Positions 30,541 to 39,559 of a DNA stretch of 64,000 bases are shown piece by piece. This DNA is from Candidatus Bathyarchaeota archaeon (GTDB lineage: Archaea > Thermoproteota > Bathyarchaeia > Bathyarchaeales > Bathycorpusculaceae): the NCBI GenBank assembly GCA_963828195.1, contig CAWHDT010000008.1, positions 128,001 through 192,000 on the forward strand, in the 5' to 3' direction. A program made the position numbers and the translations under genes. Within the stretch, counting starts at the first letter, position 1; the number at the start of each line of letters is the position of its first letter. Under the pieces are notes generated by a model. The model was not told the origin of the DNA, searched no databases, and saw only the letters and a list, made by a program, of their open reading frames with translations.

Positions 30541-32038
30541 TTAGATAGTTTGGTTCCAACAGTAAACGTGCTGATATTGTCCTGCCGTTGGGTAGGCTGG
30601 GTCATCGTAGACTATATCAAGCTTTGAGCCGTATTTAGCAAGGGGCTGCTTGTAGAGAAGTCCAGACTTGCGCTGAATTATTATCGGCTGGCCATATCCC
30701 CCAGATGTTGTCTCCTAGGTTTCTCATTCCCCAGCCATAGTCATTAGGTAAAACTAATGCATCTTGCGCTTTCACATTATTAGTTTCTTTAGGATTTTCA
30801 ACTACATCTGACCAGAACTTTTGGATTGCTGCGAATTGTTGGTCCTGCAAAAGGCCGCTCGCACTGCTGGCAACAGTACCATTCAGAGAAGTGCCAGACG
30901 TTTGCCCTGCGTAGTTAAAGACAACTACGTATTCTGCCCCACTTTCATACGATTGGCGCATTGCATCATACATTTGGTCGCCGCTCTGCAAGTAAGGCGT
31001 TGTCTCACTTGCCCAGGTTATCATTGTCCCCCAGCTTTTGCCTTGCATATCTGCAGCGCCCCTGACCAATGCGATATCCTGCGTGACTGATTGGTTCCAG
31101 CCAAGCTGCCCTAACACAACGTCATAGCCACCCAGATAATCATACCAGTCGAGAGCGTAGTCTGATGTAAAAAGCCTTACGTTTGTTTGATTGCCGATTG
31201 AGCTTAAGATATTCTGCTGCGTGCTAACGTAGTCGTTTGCGGCCTCGGTGTACGCTTGAAGCGGACGTGAATCCCAAAGTTGCTGGTAGGGTTCGAACTG
31301 GGAAATGTTGCCTTCGTCAGTCACTGCTGTGCCGTTTTCGTTTTGAACCATGCCGTTTGGCTGATACCACAGCGTTTCCATGTTTTCTCCAGTGCTTAAC
31401 CCCCAGTCCATGGTTGACAGCAAAATCGTGCCGTTCGTTAAGTAAGTGGTAGTATTGGATTCTGATGAGGAATCTGGGAAAGACTGGCTATTGGAAACAA
31501 TGATTTCTCCTGAAGTGAAAAATTCGATTTCTGTATTTTCAACGTTGTTTAGTGATTCGTATATTGTTCCATCTTCACTCCTGTCGATTGATGCGCCTGT
31601 CGTGTTATCGTAAAGGTTTACGCTGGTGTCTATCATTTTTCCGCCCGGTTCATCGTTGTAGTATAATCCTAGGAAATGGTTGCCCCAGCGAGCTTGAGCA
31701 ATACTCAAGAAAGAGTCACAGGTGTTTGCCGCATCGCCATTGTGGGCGTAATAAACTATGATGTTTAACCCTGAGTTGACGGTATAATCGCATATTTGCT
31801 CCATAGCCGTGAGGTTGCTCATGAGCGGTCCAGATTGCACAACAAACAAGTTAGTGTAACTCTTTACTTTGTCGATAAGTTGCTCTGCCTCGGTGACTGA
31901 GCTGCCGCAGTATGTGACGCCGATGTAAAAGGGCTTCTTAGCTGCAACTTGAACAGAGTTCTCTAATGCCACAAAAGCCGATAAAAGAATAACTACGGCG
32001 ACTGCCAGTGCCAAAGCTATTATCATACGTTTTTTCAT
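30541..32038 (-). CDS. Secreted hypothetical protein (glycosidase-like DEPGG); frameshifted near the C-terminus
   Basis: Signal anchor; FTSDYALDWYDY and WGTMITW motifs. Removing one base at 30642-30645 extends the ORF to ...LAKYGSKLDIVYDDP...WNQTI* ending at 30541. Confidence 0.7.
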
Positions 32039-32310
32039 ATTATGCCTCCCTCGCTGATGTATACACCCTTAACTTGCTATGTTCGATTGCATTGCAATAC
32101 TTAATGCTATATGTTAGAACATGCAAGCTATTGGATTGTCAAAGTCTACCCATAAAGCAACTAACCTAACGTGAACATCGATCATGCGGGAAAATCCATA
32201 GTCATTTAATACGGTAGCTATCCAAAATGGTTCTGTGAAGTCTTCGTCTAGAATGGGGTTCATGTGAAAAACCGTCTGTTTTTACCTTTTTTCTCTTAGG
32301 GTATGTAACC

Positions 32311-32493
32311 ATGAGTTATGAAAAACGGGTTAAGCGTCCTAAGCATGGAACTTTTAGATGGCGCAAAGGCGGTAAGCAGTGGATTGGCGGAAACCAATTT
32401 GTCAACGCAGAAAACGAATACGAAAAGAAAACTTCACTCGGCTCAACATACAGTTCTGAAAACGTCGAACAATATTTTAAAAACAAGAAATAA
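32311..32493 (+). CDS. Small basic passenger protein
   Basis: 60-aa ORF just inside the left TIR. Confidence 0.4.
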   Translation: MSYEKRVKRPKHGTFRWRKGGKQWIGGNQFVNAENEYEKKTSLGSTYSSENVEQYFKNKK

Positions 32494-32521
32494 GACGCCG
32501 CTAAGCTAGTATCTTCTTTTT

Positions 32522-33442
32522 TTATTTTCTTGGAAAAATCTGTGTAAACTGATTTTGCCTAACCTCATAGACCGACAAAAACACTTTCCCACTTTCGCCA
32601 AAACTTTTGTTATCTTTAAGATATTGACCAAACCGCTCTAATTTTCCACTGATAGTTTTTAACTGACCGCTCTTTGCATCAATTTCTTTAGACTTTTCAA
32701 TATACTCAAAGTTTTCGTCAGTTAACTTATCTGACGTAACAAAATACGACTTTTCCAGTGAACAATCGTTAGCTAAGAATATTTGCCTTGAGTTTTGAAT
32801 CCATTTTGCAACATCTTCTTTCTTAGCGTGCCTATCTTTACATTCAGCTATAACTATTGGTTTATCTTCAGCGTCAAAACCTACAACGTCTATTTCGCCT
32901 ATTTCTGGAAATTTGTGACGAGTTGCAATTCGGGTTATTTTCAGTTTGGAATTGCGCATGATGAAATTAGCCGTTCTAAATTCAAGGAATACCCCTTTTC
33001 CATCAGACTCTTTTTTTATGAAAATGCGGTTTATCTTTTCGAGCAAATTATCAGTCATTTTGTCGTAAAAATCAGAGCCTCTTCCGTTTGGAGTAGGCTC
33101 TTTTAATTTGTTGGCTAATTCGTTTAAAACTGAAGAGTCGATTTTTTCTCCATGAGTTAATTCTCGAATAGTCGCCATTTTATCGAAAGTCAGCTTTGTT
33201 GTTTCTTTAGAGTTAATTTTTATGCCTTTTTCTTTGATGGTTTCATGAATTATTGTTCTTTTGGTTTCTTTTTCGTAAACTTCAGCGGTGTACTCTTTAA
33301 TTTTTTCTAAAGTTAACAGTCCGTCTAGATATTTTACGAGGTCACGTTTGCCATAGGTTTTGGGTACGGTAAGGTTTTCGGCTTTTGCAATTTGCTTAAG
33401 GTCTTTTTCATCCAGTTTTGACAATAGCTCGGTTTTAGTCAT
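32522..33442 (-). CDS. PD-(D/E)XK restriction-endonuclease-like protein (Mrr_cat-like) with N-terminal HeH/SAP-like motif
   Basis: LE...GEIDVVG...IAECKD catalytic pattern; N-terminal LSKLDEKDLKQIAK..NL.V....K.DLV. Confidence 0.75.
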   Translation of the reverse strand: MTKTELLSKLDEKDLKQIAKAENLTVPKTYGKRDLVKYLDGLLTLEKIKEYTAEVYEKETKRTIIHETIKEKGIKINSKETTKLTFDKMATIRELTHGEKIDSSVLNELANKLKEPTPNGRGSDFYDKMTDNLLEKINRIFIKKESDGKGVFLEFRTANFIMRNSKLKITRIATRHKFPEIGEIDVVGFDAEDKPIVIAECKDRHAKKEDVAKWIQNSRQIFLANDCSLEKSYFVTSDKLTDENFEYIEKSKEIDAKSGQLKTISGKLERFGQYLKDNKSFGESGKVFLSVYEVRQNQFTQIFPRK

Positions 33443-33477
33443 GCCTCTCCATTATTTGCAGAGGTTGTATAAATCAT

Positions 33478-34605
33478 TTAACTCTTTTTTACCGACGCAT
33501 TTTGAATTAGGGTTAGCCACTTGTTTTTTCCCTCAACCGTGTTTCCGCAAGCGTCAGCGGGAGTTTTACCGCCTAACGCTTCGTGTGGTCTAACATAGTT
33601 GTGGTAAATCTGGTAGCCGTCTATGATGTCGCTGTCAGTGATTTTTAGTCCTCTCATGGTTTTTTCTCTGTCTCGGATTTCGCCGTTCATTCTTTCCATT
33701 TTGTTGTTGTGTCTCAGTTCACCTTTCCCTGTCAACGTGATTTCGTGTATGTGGTTAGTGCGTGGGTAGATTTCCATGCTTGCGTCAGAGTAAGATGCTA
33801 AGCCGTCTGTTATGAGTGTTTCAGGCTTTTTACCCATAAGGTAGCTTGCTCTTGAAAAGAGCCTTGTTGCGTCATGTCTGTCTTTTGTGTCAGCGACTTC
33901 TTGCGCTATCCAGAAGCGTGTTTCATCATCCATCATGGAGAATATGTACTTCATATTTCCTGAAAATTTGACGTAAATTTCGTCTGCACGCCATGTGTCG
34001 CTTACGTTGGGTGTGATTTTTTCAGCGTAATCTTTCATTAGGGCTATGTATTTTCTTATCCAGTTTAGGATTGTTCGGTAAGACACTTTGACACCCATCA
34101 GTTCTAGGGCTTTCATTGTGTTTCTGAGGCTTTCTCCGCTGAAGTATAGCTGAAGGCTTGTTGTGATTGCTTGCGGGTTGTGCTTCATTTTTTCAAAGCC
34201 TATGTTGAATGTGAAGTATTTGTGGCAGTCTCGGCAGAGATACTTTTGGATTGTTACGGCTTTGTTTCTGCGTTTTCCAGCCTTCATTAGGTTGTGTGAT
34301 CCGCAAAAGATGCATTCGCTTAGGTTCTCTATTGGCGCTATGGTTCTTACTTTTACTTCTGCTCTGAGCGTTAGTGAGAAGTTTACTGCGTGGATGTGTT
34401 TGCATTCTACATGTCGGTAAGTGTTATCAGGGCATTGGCAAACCCATTCATTATCAACCTTTGTCACTGCGTAGTCACCGTTTCCCGACTGAGATTTTAC
34501 GGTGTATAGGTAGTCGTCTATTCGGCTTACTTGATTGGCTGTTTGGGCTATTGCTTTGCCTTTTGTTTCTCTGAGGTTTTCGGTCATCATTGTACTTACC
34601 TTCAA
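33478..34605 (-). CDS. IS6-family DDE transposase with N-terminal SWIM and zinc-ribbon domains
   Basis: CQCPD...CKHIHA (SWIM); CIFC...CRDC; WRADEIYVK, ITDG and NNKMER (D-D-E); YHNYVRPH. Confidence 0.92.
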   Translation of the reverse strand: MKVSTMMTENLRETKGKAIAQTANQVSRIDDYLYTVKSQSGNGDYAVTKVDNEWVCQCPDNTYRHVECKHIHAVNFSLTLRAEVKVRTIAPIENLSECIFCGSHNLMKAGKRRNKAVTIQKYLCRDCHKYFTFNIGFEKMKHNPQAITTSLQLYFSGESLRNTMKALELMGVKVSYRTILNWIRKYIALMKDYAEKITPNVSDTWRADEIYVKFSGNMKYIFSMMDDETRFWIAQEVADTKDRHDATRLFSRASYLMGKKPETLITDGLASYSDASMEIYPRTNHIHEITLTGKGELRHNNKMERMNGEIRDREKTMRGLKITDSDIIDGYQIYHNYVRPHEALGGKTPADACGNTVEGKNKWLTLIQNASVKKS

Positions 34606-34671
34606 TCTTACCTATTTTACCTATAGGCTTACCCCGCTTATAAATATTTAGGTAACGCAATAGGTAAGATT
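34604..34671. promoter_or_regulatory. Divergent promoter with 13-bp inverted repeat (putative operator)
   Basis: AATCTTACCTATT (34604-34616) / AATAGGTAAGATT (34659-34671) flank TTATAAATA; additional TTACC half-sites are present. Confidence 0.65.
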
Positions 34672-34717
34672 AATATAACCGTTTAACCATGAGCATACCT
34701 GATAAGAGGTAAATTAA

Positions 34718-34894
34718 ATGGGAGAAATAACATATCTGAACAAAGCCACAAACAAAGGCGAATCACTCAGAACAACCGTGCCAATGAGTGTAGTTAAACA
34801 GTTTGGGCTAACCGACGAGGATAAACTAGATTGGCAAATTAAAGCAGAAGGTAGCGAACTAATAATCCAAATAAAAATAATCAAGAACAAATAG
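34718..34894 (+). CDS. AbrB/SpoVT-like DNA-binding protein (58 aa)
   Basis: Translated by hand: MGEITYLNKATNKGESLRTTVPMSVVKQFGLTDEDKLDWQIKAEGSELIIQIKIIKNK; GAGGT RBS. Confidence 0.85.
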   Translation: MGEITYLNKATNKGESLRTTVPMSVVKQFGLTDEDKLDWQIKAEGSELIIQIKIIKNK

Positions 34895-34910
34895 AAAAAG
34901 CAACCCAAAG

Positions 34911-35087
34911 CTACCGAGATTTAGAGGGATAACGAATAGAGTTAACCCATACACCCAATCCAAACGATACAAGCATTAAGTCGGCAGTTCCGACATATTT
35001 TATACATTGGGGAAAAAACATCGCTGAAAAGAGTATGGTAATTAAGCCCACTACAACGGTTGCTATTACAAAGTTTTCAGTTTTCAT
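34911..35087 (-). CDS. 58-aa two-TM passenger peptide
   Basis: Translated by hand: MKTENFVIATVVVGLITILFSAMFFPQCIKYVGTADLMLVSFGLGVWVNSIRYPSKSR. Confidence 0.45.
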   Translation of the reverse strand: MKTENFVIATVVVGLITILFSAMFFPQCIKYVGTADLMLVSFGLGVWVNSIRYPSKSR

Positions 35088-35108
35088 AGTTAATCAATAG
35101 AAAAAGGA

Positions 35109-35495
35109 TTGATTAGTGTGACTCTACTTGTTGACGTTTTTTCGGTGTTCGATATAATTTTGATTGCCATTATGCTTTCAGGTTCAATAGTCAAAATGGG
35201 TACTAGACATGGAACGATAAGAGGCGATACTCATTTCAAAGGTTTTTACTTACTTTTCTTCGCATTCATATTAGAAAACGTCGCAATTACAGTGTTCGCA
35301 AACTACGTGTTTTTGCCATTTCTTGAGCAAATGTTACCAAACAGTTTCTTCAAAGTATTGGCACTAACGGGCACTTTGATATGTCTATGTAATATTTGGT
35401 TTGCTTCAACTTTTAGATTCAACCAACGAATAGAAGTAATTGTTTTGACTGTAGCAATGGCGGTAATAACATTTTTGCTCTTTATTTACACCTGA
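35109..35495 (+). CDS. Four-TM passenger membrane protein
   Basis: 128-aa hydrophobic ORF. Confidence 0.55.
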   Translation: MISVTLLVDVFSVFDIILIAIMLSGSIVKMGTRHGTIRGDTHFKGFYLLFFAFILENVAITVFANYVFLPFLEQMLPNSFFKVLALTGTLICLCNIWFASTFRFNQRIEVIVLTVAMAVITFLLFIYT

Positions 35496-35631
35496 CCTAA
35501 ACTGACCTAAATAAAAAAAGGAAAGTCGGTTTGTTACCGACTTGAACGTACTTTTCTAATTGCAAGTTTAGCTCTTACATGGGTTAGGTGTTGATGCCTC
35601 AAGCAATTAACCTCAAAAGAAAAAAACTATA

Positions 35632-36051
35632 TTGACAGCGAAACAACAAGCTATTATGAAAAAATATAAGCCAAGCATAGACATCCCAAAACTTGCGAGA
35701 AAATACGGGACTCTCAAACCTTCGGAACTTTCAAGGGCAATATTGCAAGACAAGGGAATTAGGAAAAGCCAACCCTCTATCTATGCATGGCTTCATAATC
35801 ACCCTAACGAGCGTAACAAGTTAAGCATTGAAATCAAAAATGCCTCTCCCAGAAAAAAACTCCATGAAATACCTATACCCTATGCCAAACTAACAAGTCA
35901 ATATTTTGGTTCAATGGAAATAATCAATTTAGAAACGATTGAAAAAGCAAGAGAAGAACTCAAAGTAATTGAAGAACAGTTTTGGCATGAAATTTGGGAA
36001 AAGACAGGAGAAGAGTTCGCTAGACGATTTTTCACAGAGAAAACCACCTGA
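35632..36051 (+). CDS. Hypothetical passenger protein, possible HTH
   Basis: PSELSRAILQDKGIRKSQPSIYAWL; the stop codon overlaps the right TIR. Confidence 0.55.
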   Translation: MTAKQQAIMKKYKPSIDIPKLARKYGTLKPSELSRAILQDKGIRKSQPSIYAWLHNHPNERNKLSIEIKNASPRKKLHEIPIPYAKLTSQYFGSMEIINLETIEKAREELKVIEEQFWHEIWEKTGEEFARRFFTEKTT

Positions 36052-36150
36052 CGAAGACTTCACAGAACCTCCAAAATCATATTACCCAAAAATGGGTAGT
36101 TACTCTTAAATAGCTAACGGCGGCATTGAACCAACAAAGAGACAAACCAA

Positions 36151-36735
36151 ATGGACACGAAAAGACTCACGCTAATCATCATCTTCATCGCATTAACAAC
36201 CGCCCTAAGCATAGGAGGACCAAAAATCCCCGCACCCTATGCACCATTCCTCTATTATCAACTATGGGAAATCCCGATTGTTGTAGCCTTTTTAGCCATA
36301 GGACCAAAAGCAGGCGTCACAGTAACTATCATAAACACATTGATTTTGCTAGCTGTTTTTCCCGGTTCCCTTCCGATAGGACCAATTTACAACCTTGACG
36401 CTGTGCTGGCAATGCTGCTGGGTATCTACATACCGTACAAAATTGCAACGCGCAAATGCCCAACAGAAAAACTAAGCAGTTTCCTGCGACAACACCTTAA
36501 ATTAATAAGCGTATCAGCAACTGCATTAGGAATCATTCTCCGAGTACTCGTCACTACACCAATAAACTACTTCGCCCTACAACTAACTTATCCATTCGGT
36601 TTCGGACTTAACTCCACCGGATCTCTGGTTCTGCTTCCAGAGATCGCATTCTTCAATGCGACAGTAGCGCTCTACACAATACCTGCTGCACTTGCAGTTG
36701 TAGTAGCAATTACTTCCCGATTTAAACTACAATAA
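36151..36735 (+). CDS. ECF transporter S component
   Basis: KIPAPYAPFLYYQLWEIP, GPKAG and FN...LY motifs; six TM helices. Confidence 0.75.
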   Translation: MDTKRLTLIIIFIALTTALSIGGPKIPAPYAPFLYYQLWEIPIVVAFLAIGPKAGVTVTIINTLILLAVFPGSLPIGPIYNLDAVLAMLLGIYIPYKIATRKCPTEKLSSFLRQHLKLISVSATALGIILRVLVTTPINYFALQLTYPFGFGLNSTGSLVLLPEIAFFNATVALYTIPAALAVVVAITSRFKLQ

Positions 36736-36742
36736 AAAAGAT

Positions 36743-37702
36743 TTAGAATCCTAAGGATTCTGCCAGTACCTTAGGGTTTATTTGTCCTGCTTTGAATGTT
36801 CTGCCAGTTTTCGCATTGTTTATTATAAGGACCGCTGGGGCGAATAAGCCGTGGTCTATTTTGTAGAAGTCTTTGTCTGCTTCGCGGAAAATCTGCAGGA
36901 ACGGTTTGCCATAGTCTTTTGAAGCCATAGATGGGGCTTGCTCCACCAGTTTCTGCAAGGCAGCCTCATCGTCATAATCGACGGTGCAGTAGACGGTGCC
37001 GCCGTAGAGGATAGCGTCGTTTGTACGTGCCATTGCCACTTCAAAATCGGTTCCAAGCGGAGGAATCGGCGCGTAACCCAATGCGTAGCGAATCATCTTC
37101 GGGTTCAAGCCGAGGGTTCGAAGTTTGTGAATTCCCACTTCTACAACTCTGCCTGCAACTTGGGTTAAGCCAGCTATGCTTGCGGTTGGAGCCACAACCA
37201 CAATCAAGTTTGGGGCAGAAACGCTGCTGGCGCAAGTGACCTTTTCGATTAGCGCATCGGAGGGCAAAACGTTGCTTTCCAACGTAAGAACCGCCCTATC
37301 GCTTTGGTCTTTGTAGCCGATTTCTTCGTAAACATCCTTAGGCTTCAACGCCAACGCACGAACTGGACCCGACCCGATGGCTATTGCGTCGCCGTCTTTT
37401 ATGCGCCACCCAGCAAACTGCGAACCCAACATTGCAACGGCTGGGAAATCTGAGGAAACAGTTATCGACGGAAAAGTTATATCTCCGTAGGTTTTGAAGC
37501 CAAGTTGGACTTTTCCAGCGCCGCCCAAGCAGAGTTCAGTCAGTTTTTTTCCTGCCTGAAAGCCGCCTGGTGCTTTTACACCTGCGTCAACGATGGTGGC
37601 TCCAGCGGTTGATTTCGAGACGGTTACTCCGTAGGATTCTGGGTTATCGATAAGTTTTTGGGCTATATTCCAAGCCATTTTGTTCACGCTTAAAGCTGCC
37701 AT
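36743..37702 (-). CDS. mch: Methenyltetrahydromethanopterin cyclohydrolase
   Basis: LSVN, CLGG, LGSQFAGW, GSGP.RALA, TNDAILYGG and DFYKID..LFAPA motifs. Confidence 0.96.
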   Translation of the reverse strand: MAALSVNKMAWNIAQKLIDNPESYGVTVSKSTAGATIVDAGVKAPGGFQAGKKLTELCLGGAGKVQLGFKTYGDITFPSITVSSDFPAVAMLGSQFAGWRIKDGDAIAIGSGPVRALALKPKDVYEEIGYKDQSDRAVLTLESNVLPSDALIEKVTCASSVSAPNLIVVVAPTASIAGLTQVAGRVVEVGIHKLRTLGLNPKMIRYALGYAPIPPLGTDFEVAMARTNDAILYGGTVYCTVDYDDEAALQKLVEQAPSMASKDYGKPFLQIFREADKDFYKIDHGLFAPAVLIINNAKTGRTFKAGQINPKVLAESLGF

Positions 37703-37923
37703 AACTATTCACTTCAAGTATGCCTATTGTTGACTGGCTTTTCGATATTAACTTAACGCTGCTAGCAAGAGCTTGGTTCGTTACAGGCATGAGGCATATT
37801 GCAAACTGTAAGTGAGAAAATATTGCTCATCATAATGAGTAATATTAGGCATTATTGCCTCATTAAGTTAAGCAACAAATAAATTTAGTGACTCTGCGGA
37901 AATGATTTCAGCTTTTTTCGTTT

Positions 37924-38457
37924 TTAACCAATCGTTGCCGCCTTAGGCTTTAATTTGTTGTTAGCTTTGACTATCGCGTTTTTGGCGAAGCCAATGACAG
38001 TGGGCGTAAAGATTGAAAGCGAAGCTAACAGGAAGTTCAGCGGGAAAACTGATGGGTACTCAAAAAGGTTGCCGCCCCAAGACCCAGCAATGCCTAAAAG
38101 TCCGCCCGAAAGCTGAATCAGCGACCAAATAGCCACCGCCAACAGAGCGCCGTAGAGTCGAGCCACATATTTTTCTTTTCCCAATAGGGTTTTGGATTTG
38201 GCACTTGAAAAAAAGACTTCGCCAGCGATGGCGCCTGCGCCGCCGGGGAAAAAAGCGTTAACCAGAATCTTCTCAACCAGGTTCCCAGGAACCCACATGC
38301 CAATCCATGGAGTCGAAACTAAACTCAACACAGGCAAAATAACGCTGCCCGTAGCAATCCGAATCGCAGCGGGAACAGCATATATAACTGCGCCGCAGAT
38401 TCCCCAAACCCAAAACCTCCTGCTTTTAAGCATGTTCTTGAAGGCTTGCAAATACAT
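37924..38457 (-). CDS. Hypothetical membrane protein
   Basis: About four TM helices; PGNLVEKILVNAFFPGGAGA. Confidence 0.65.
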   Translation of the reverse strand: MYLQAFKNMLKSRRFWVWGICGAVIYAVPAAIRIATGSVILPVLSLVSTPWIGMWVPGNLVEKILVNAFFPGGAGAIAGEVFFSSAKSKTLLGKEKYVARLYGALLAVAIWSLIQLSGGLLGIAGSWGGNLFEYPSVFPLNFLLASLSIFTPTVIGFAKNAIVKANNKLKPKAATIG

Positions 38458-38529
38458 AGCTTTAAACTAACAGGAATGTTGTAAAAAGCCTTTCCAAAAA
38501 CCAGCTACCGAAAAAATAAGCCAACCGCT

Positions 38530-39477
38530 TCATGGCCTATATCCGCAAAGAGTAAAAAGCGCCAAGGCAGCAGCTGTTAAATCCGCGGTTGTTCCAGGGT
38601 TGCATTTATTTTGGGATTCCCTAAGTTTCAAATCGAGCAGTTTAAGGCTTTTTCGTCCTTCAGCCGTTTCTAACCCGCCGAGTTCCAGAACAACCTGAGC
38701 TTCTGCTGAAACTTCCTTCGCTTTTTCTTTGCCGACTTTTCTGGCTATGAAAGTGTCTGGGCGCTCGGAGAGGATTTTTAGGAAAGTTTGAACGACCGCT
38801 GTGTTGACAGGTCTATTTTTCACATGATTTTTCAAGAATGGGTAAGCCAAATCAAATGTTATTGGATAGTTGTTGACCCATTCGGCGCAGATGTCATCGT
38901 ATGCTGAAGCTAAGCGGAAAACCTCAAACAAAGTGGCATTCTCTTTTATCAGGCGCTCTTTGGATTGCGGGTCAGTCACATCTAGATCTGGCGCTTTGTT
39001 GAGTCCACTGGGGTTGGCAATGCCCACCGCTTCGTACAGGTGCACTGAATCCCATGCAGTCGTTGATTTTACTGCCAAATCGATGTTTTTGCGCAACACA
39101 GAAAAATCCAAAGAATAATCTGGCTTGGCTTGAGTCATGCCTGCGGCAACCGCGAGGGGCATAAATAACATTATGGTACCGAGAATCGTGTTCCCGCCCT
39201 TTTGCCAGGCGTTGACGTCAAAGGCACAGGTTTTTATGAGTTGCCCCAAACCAACCTCGCCGACACCCAGCTTATTTTCTGCGACTTGTGTTCCGCGGTT
39301 GGCTGCTTCTTGAAAGGCTGGTCCGGCTGCGATGGCTGAAGCCAAGAAATGCTGGCAGGTTGTCTCCTCAAAGCTTGATGTTAAGTTGACGTTGCCGGGT
39401 TTTTCTGCGCTTACCTCAAGTAGTATCGCCAACTGCAGGCATTGAGAGATGTGTTGAGCTTTTTCACAGTTGCTCAT
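38530..39477 (-). CDS. citG: Triphosphoribosyl-dephospho-CoA synthase (CitG/MdcB family)
   Basis: LEVSAEKPGNV, GNTILG, PDTFIARKVG and NPGTTADL motifs. Confidence 0.9.
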   Translation of the reverse strand: MSNCEKAQHISQCLQLAILLEVSAEKPGNVNLTSSFEETTCQHFLASAIAAGPAFQEAANRGTQVAENKLGVGEVGLGQLIKTCAFDVNAWQKGGNTILGTIMLFMPLAVAAGMTQAKPDYSLDFSVLRKNIDLAVKSTTAWDSVHLYEAVGIANPSGLNKAPDLDVTDPQSKERLIKENATLFEVFRLASAYDDICAEWVNNYPITFDLAYPFLKNHVKNRPVNTAVVQTFLKILSERPDTFIARKVGKEKAKEVSAEAQVVLELGGLETAEGRKSLKLLDLKLRESQNKCNPGTTADLTAAALALFTLCGYRP

Positions 39478-39559
39478 TGATTATCAACCTTAAATTCACA
39501 AAAAAGGTTATTAAAGTTTATAAAAACAGCGCCCATTTCAAATAGTCTTACTCTGAGAG

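Larger units (their letters stand above)
32229..36069. mobile_element. IS6-family transposon with passenger genes (3,841 bp)
   Basis: Perfect 20-bp TIRs GGTTCTGTGAAGTCTTCGTC (32229-32248, 36050-36069); 8-bp TSD TCCAAAAT (32221-32228, 36070-36077); internal IS6-type DDE transposase. Confidence 0.95.
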
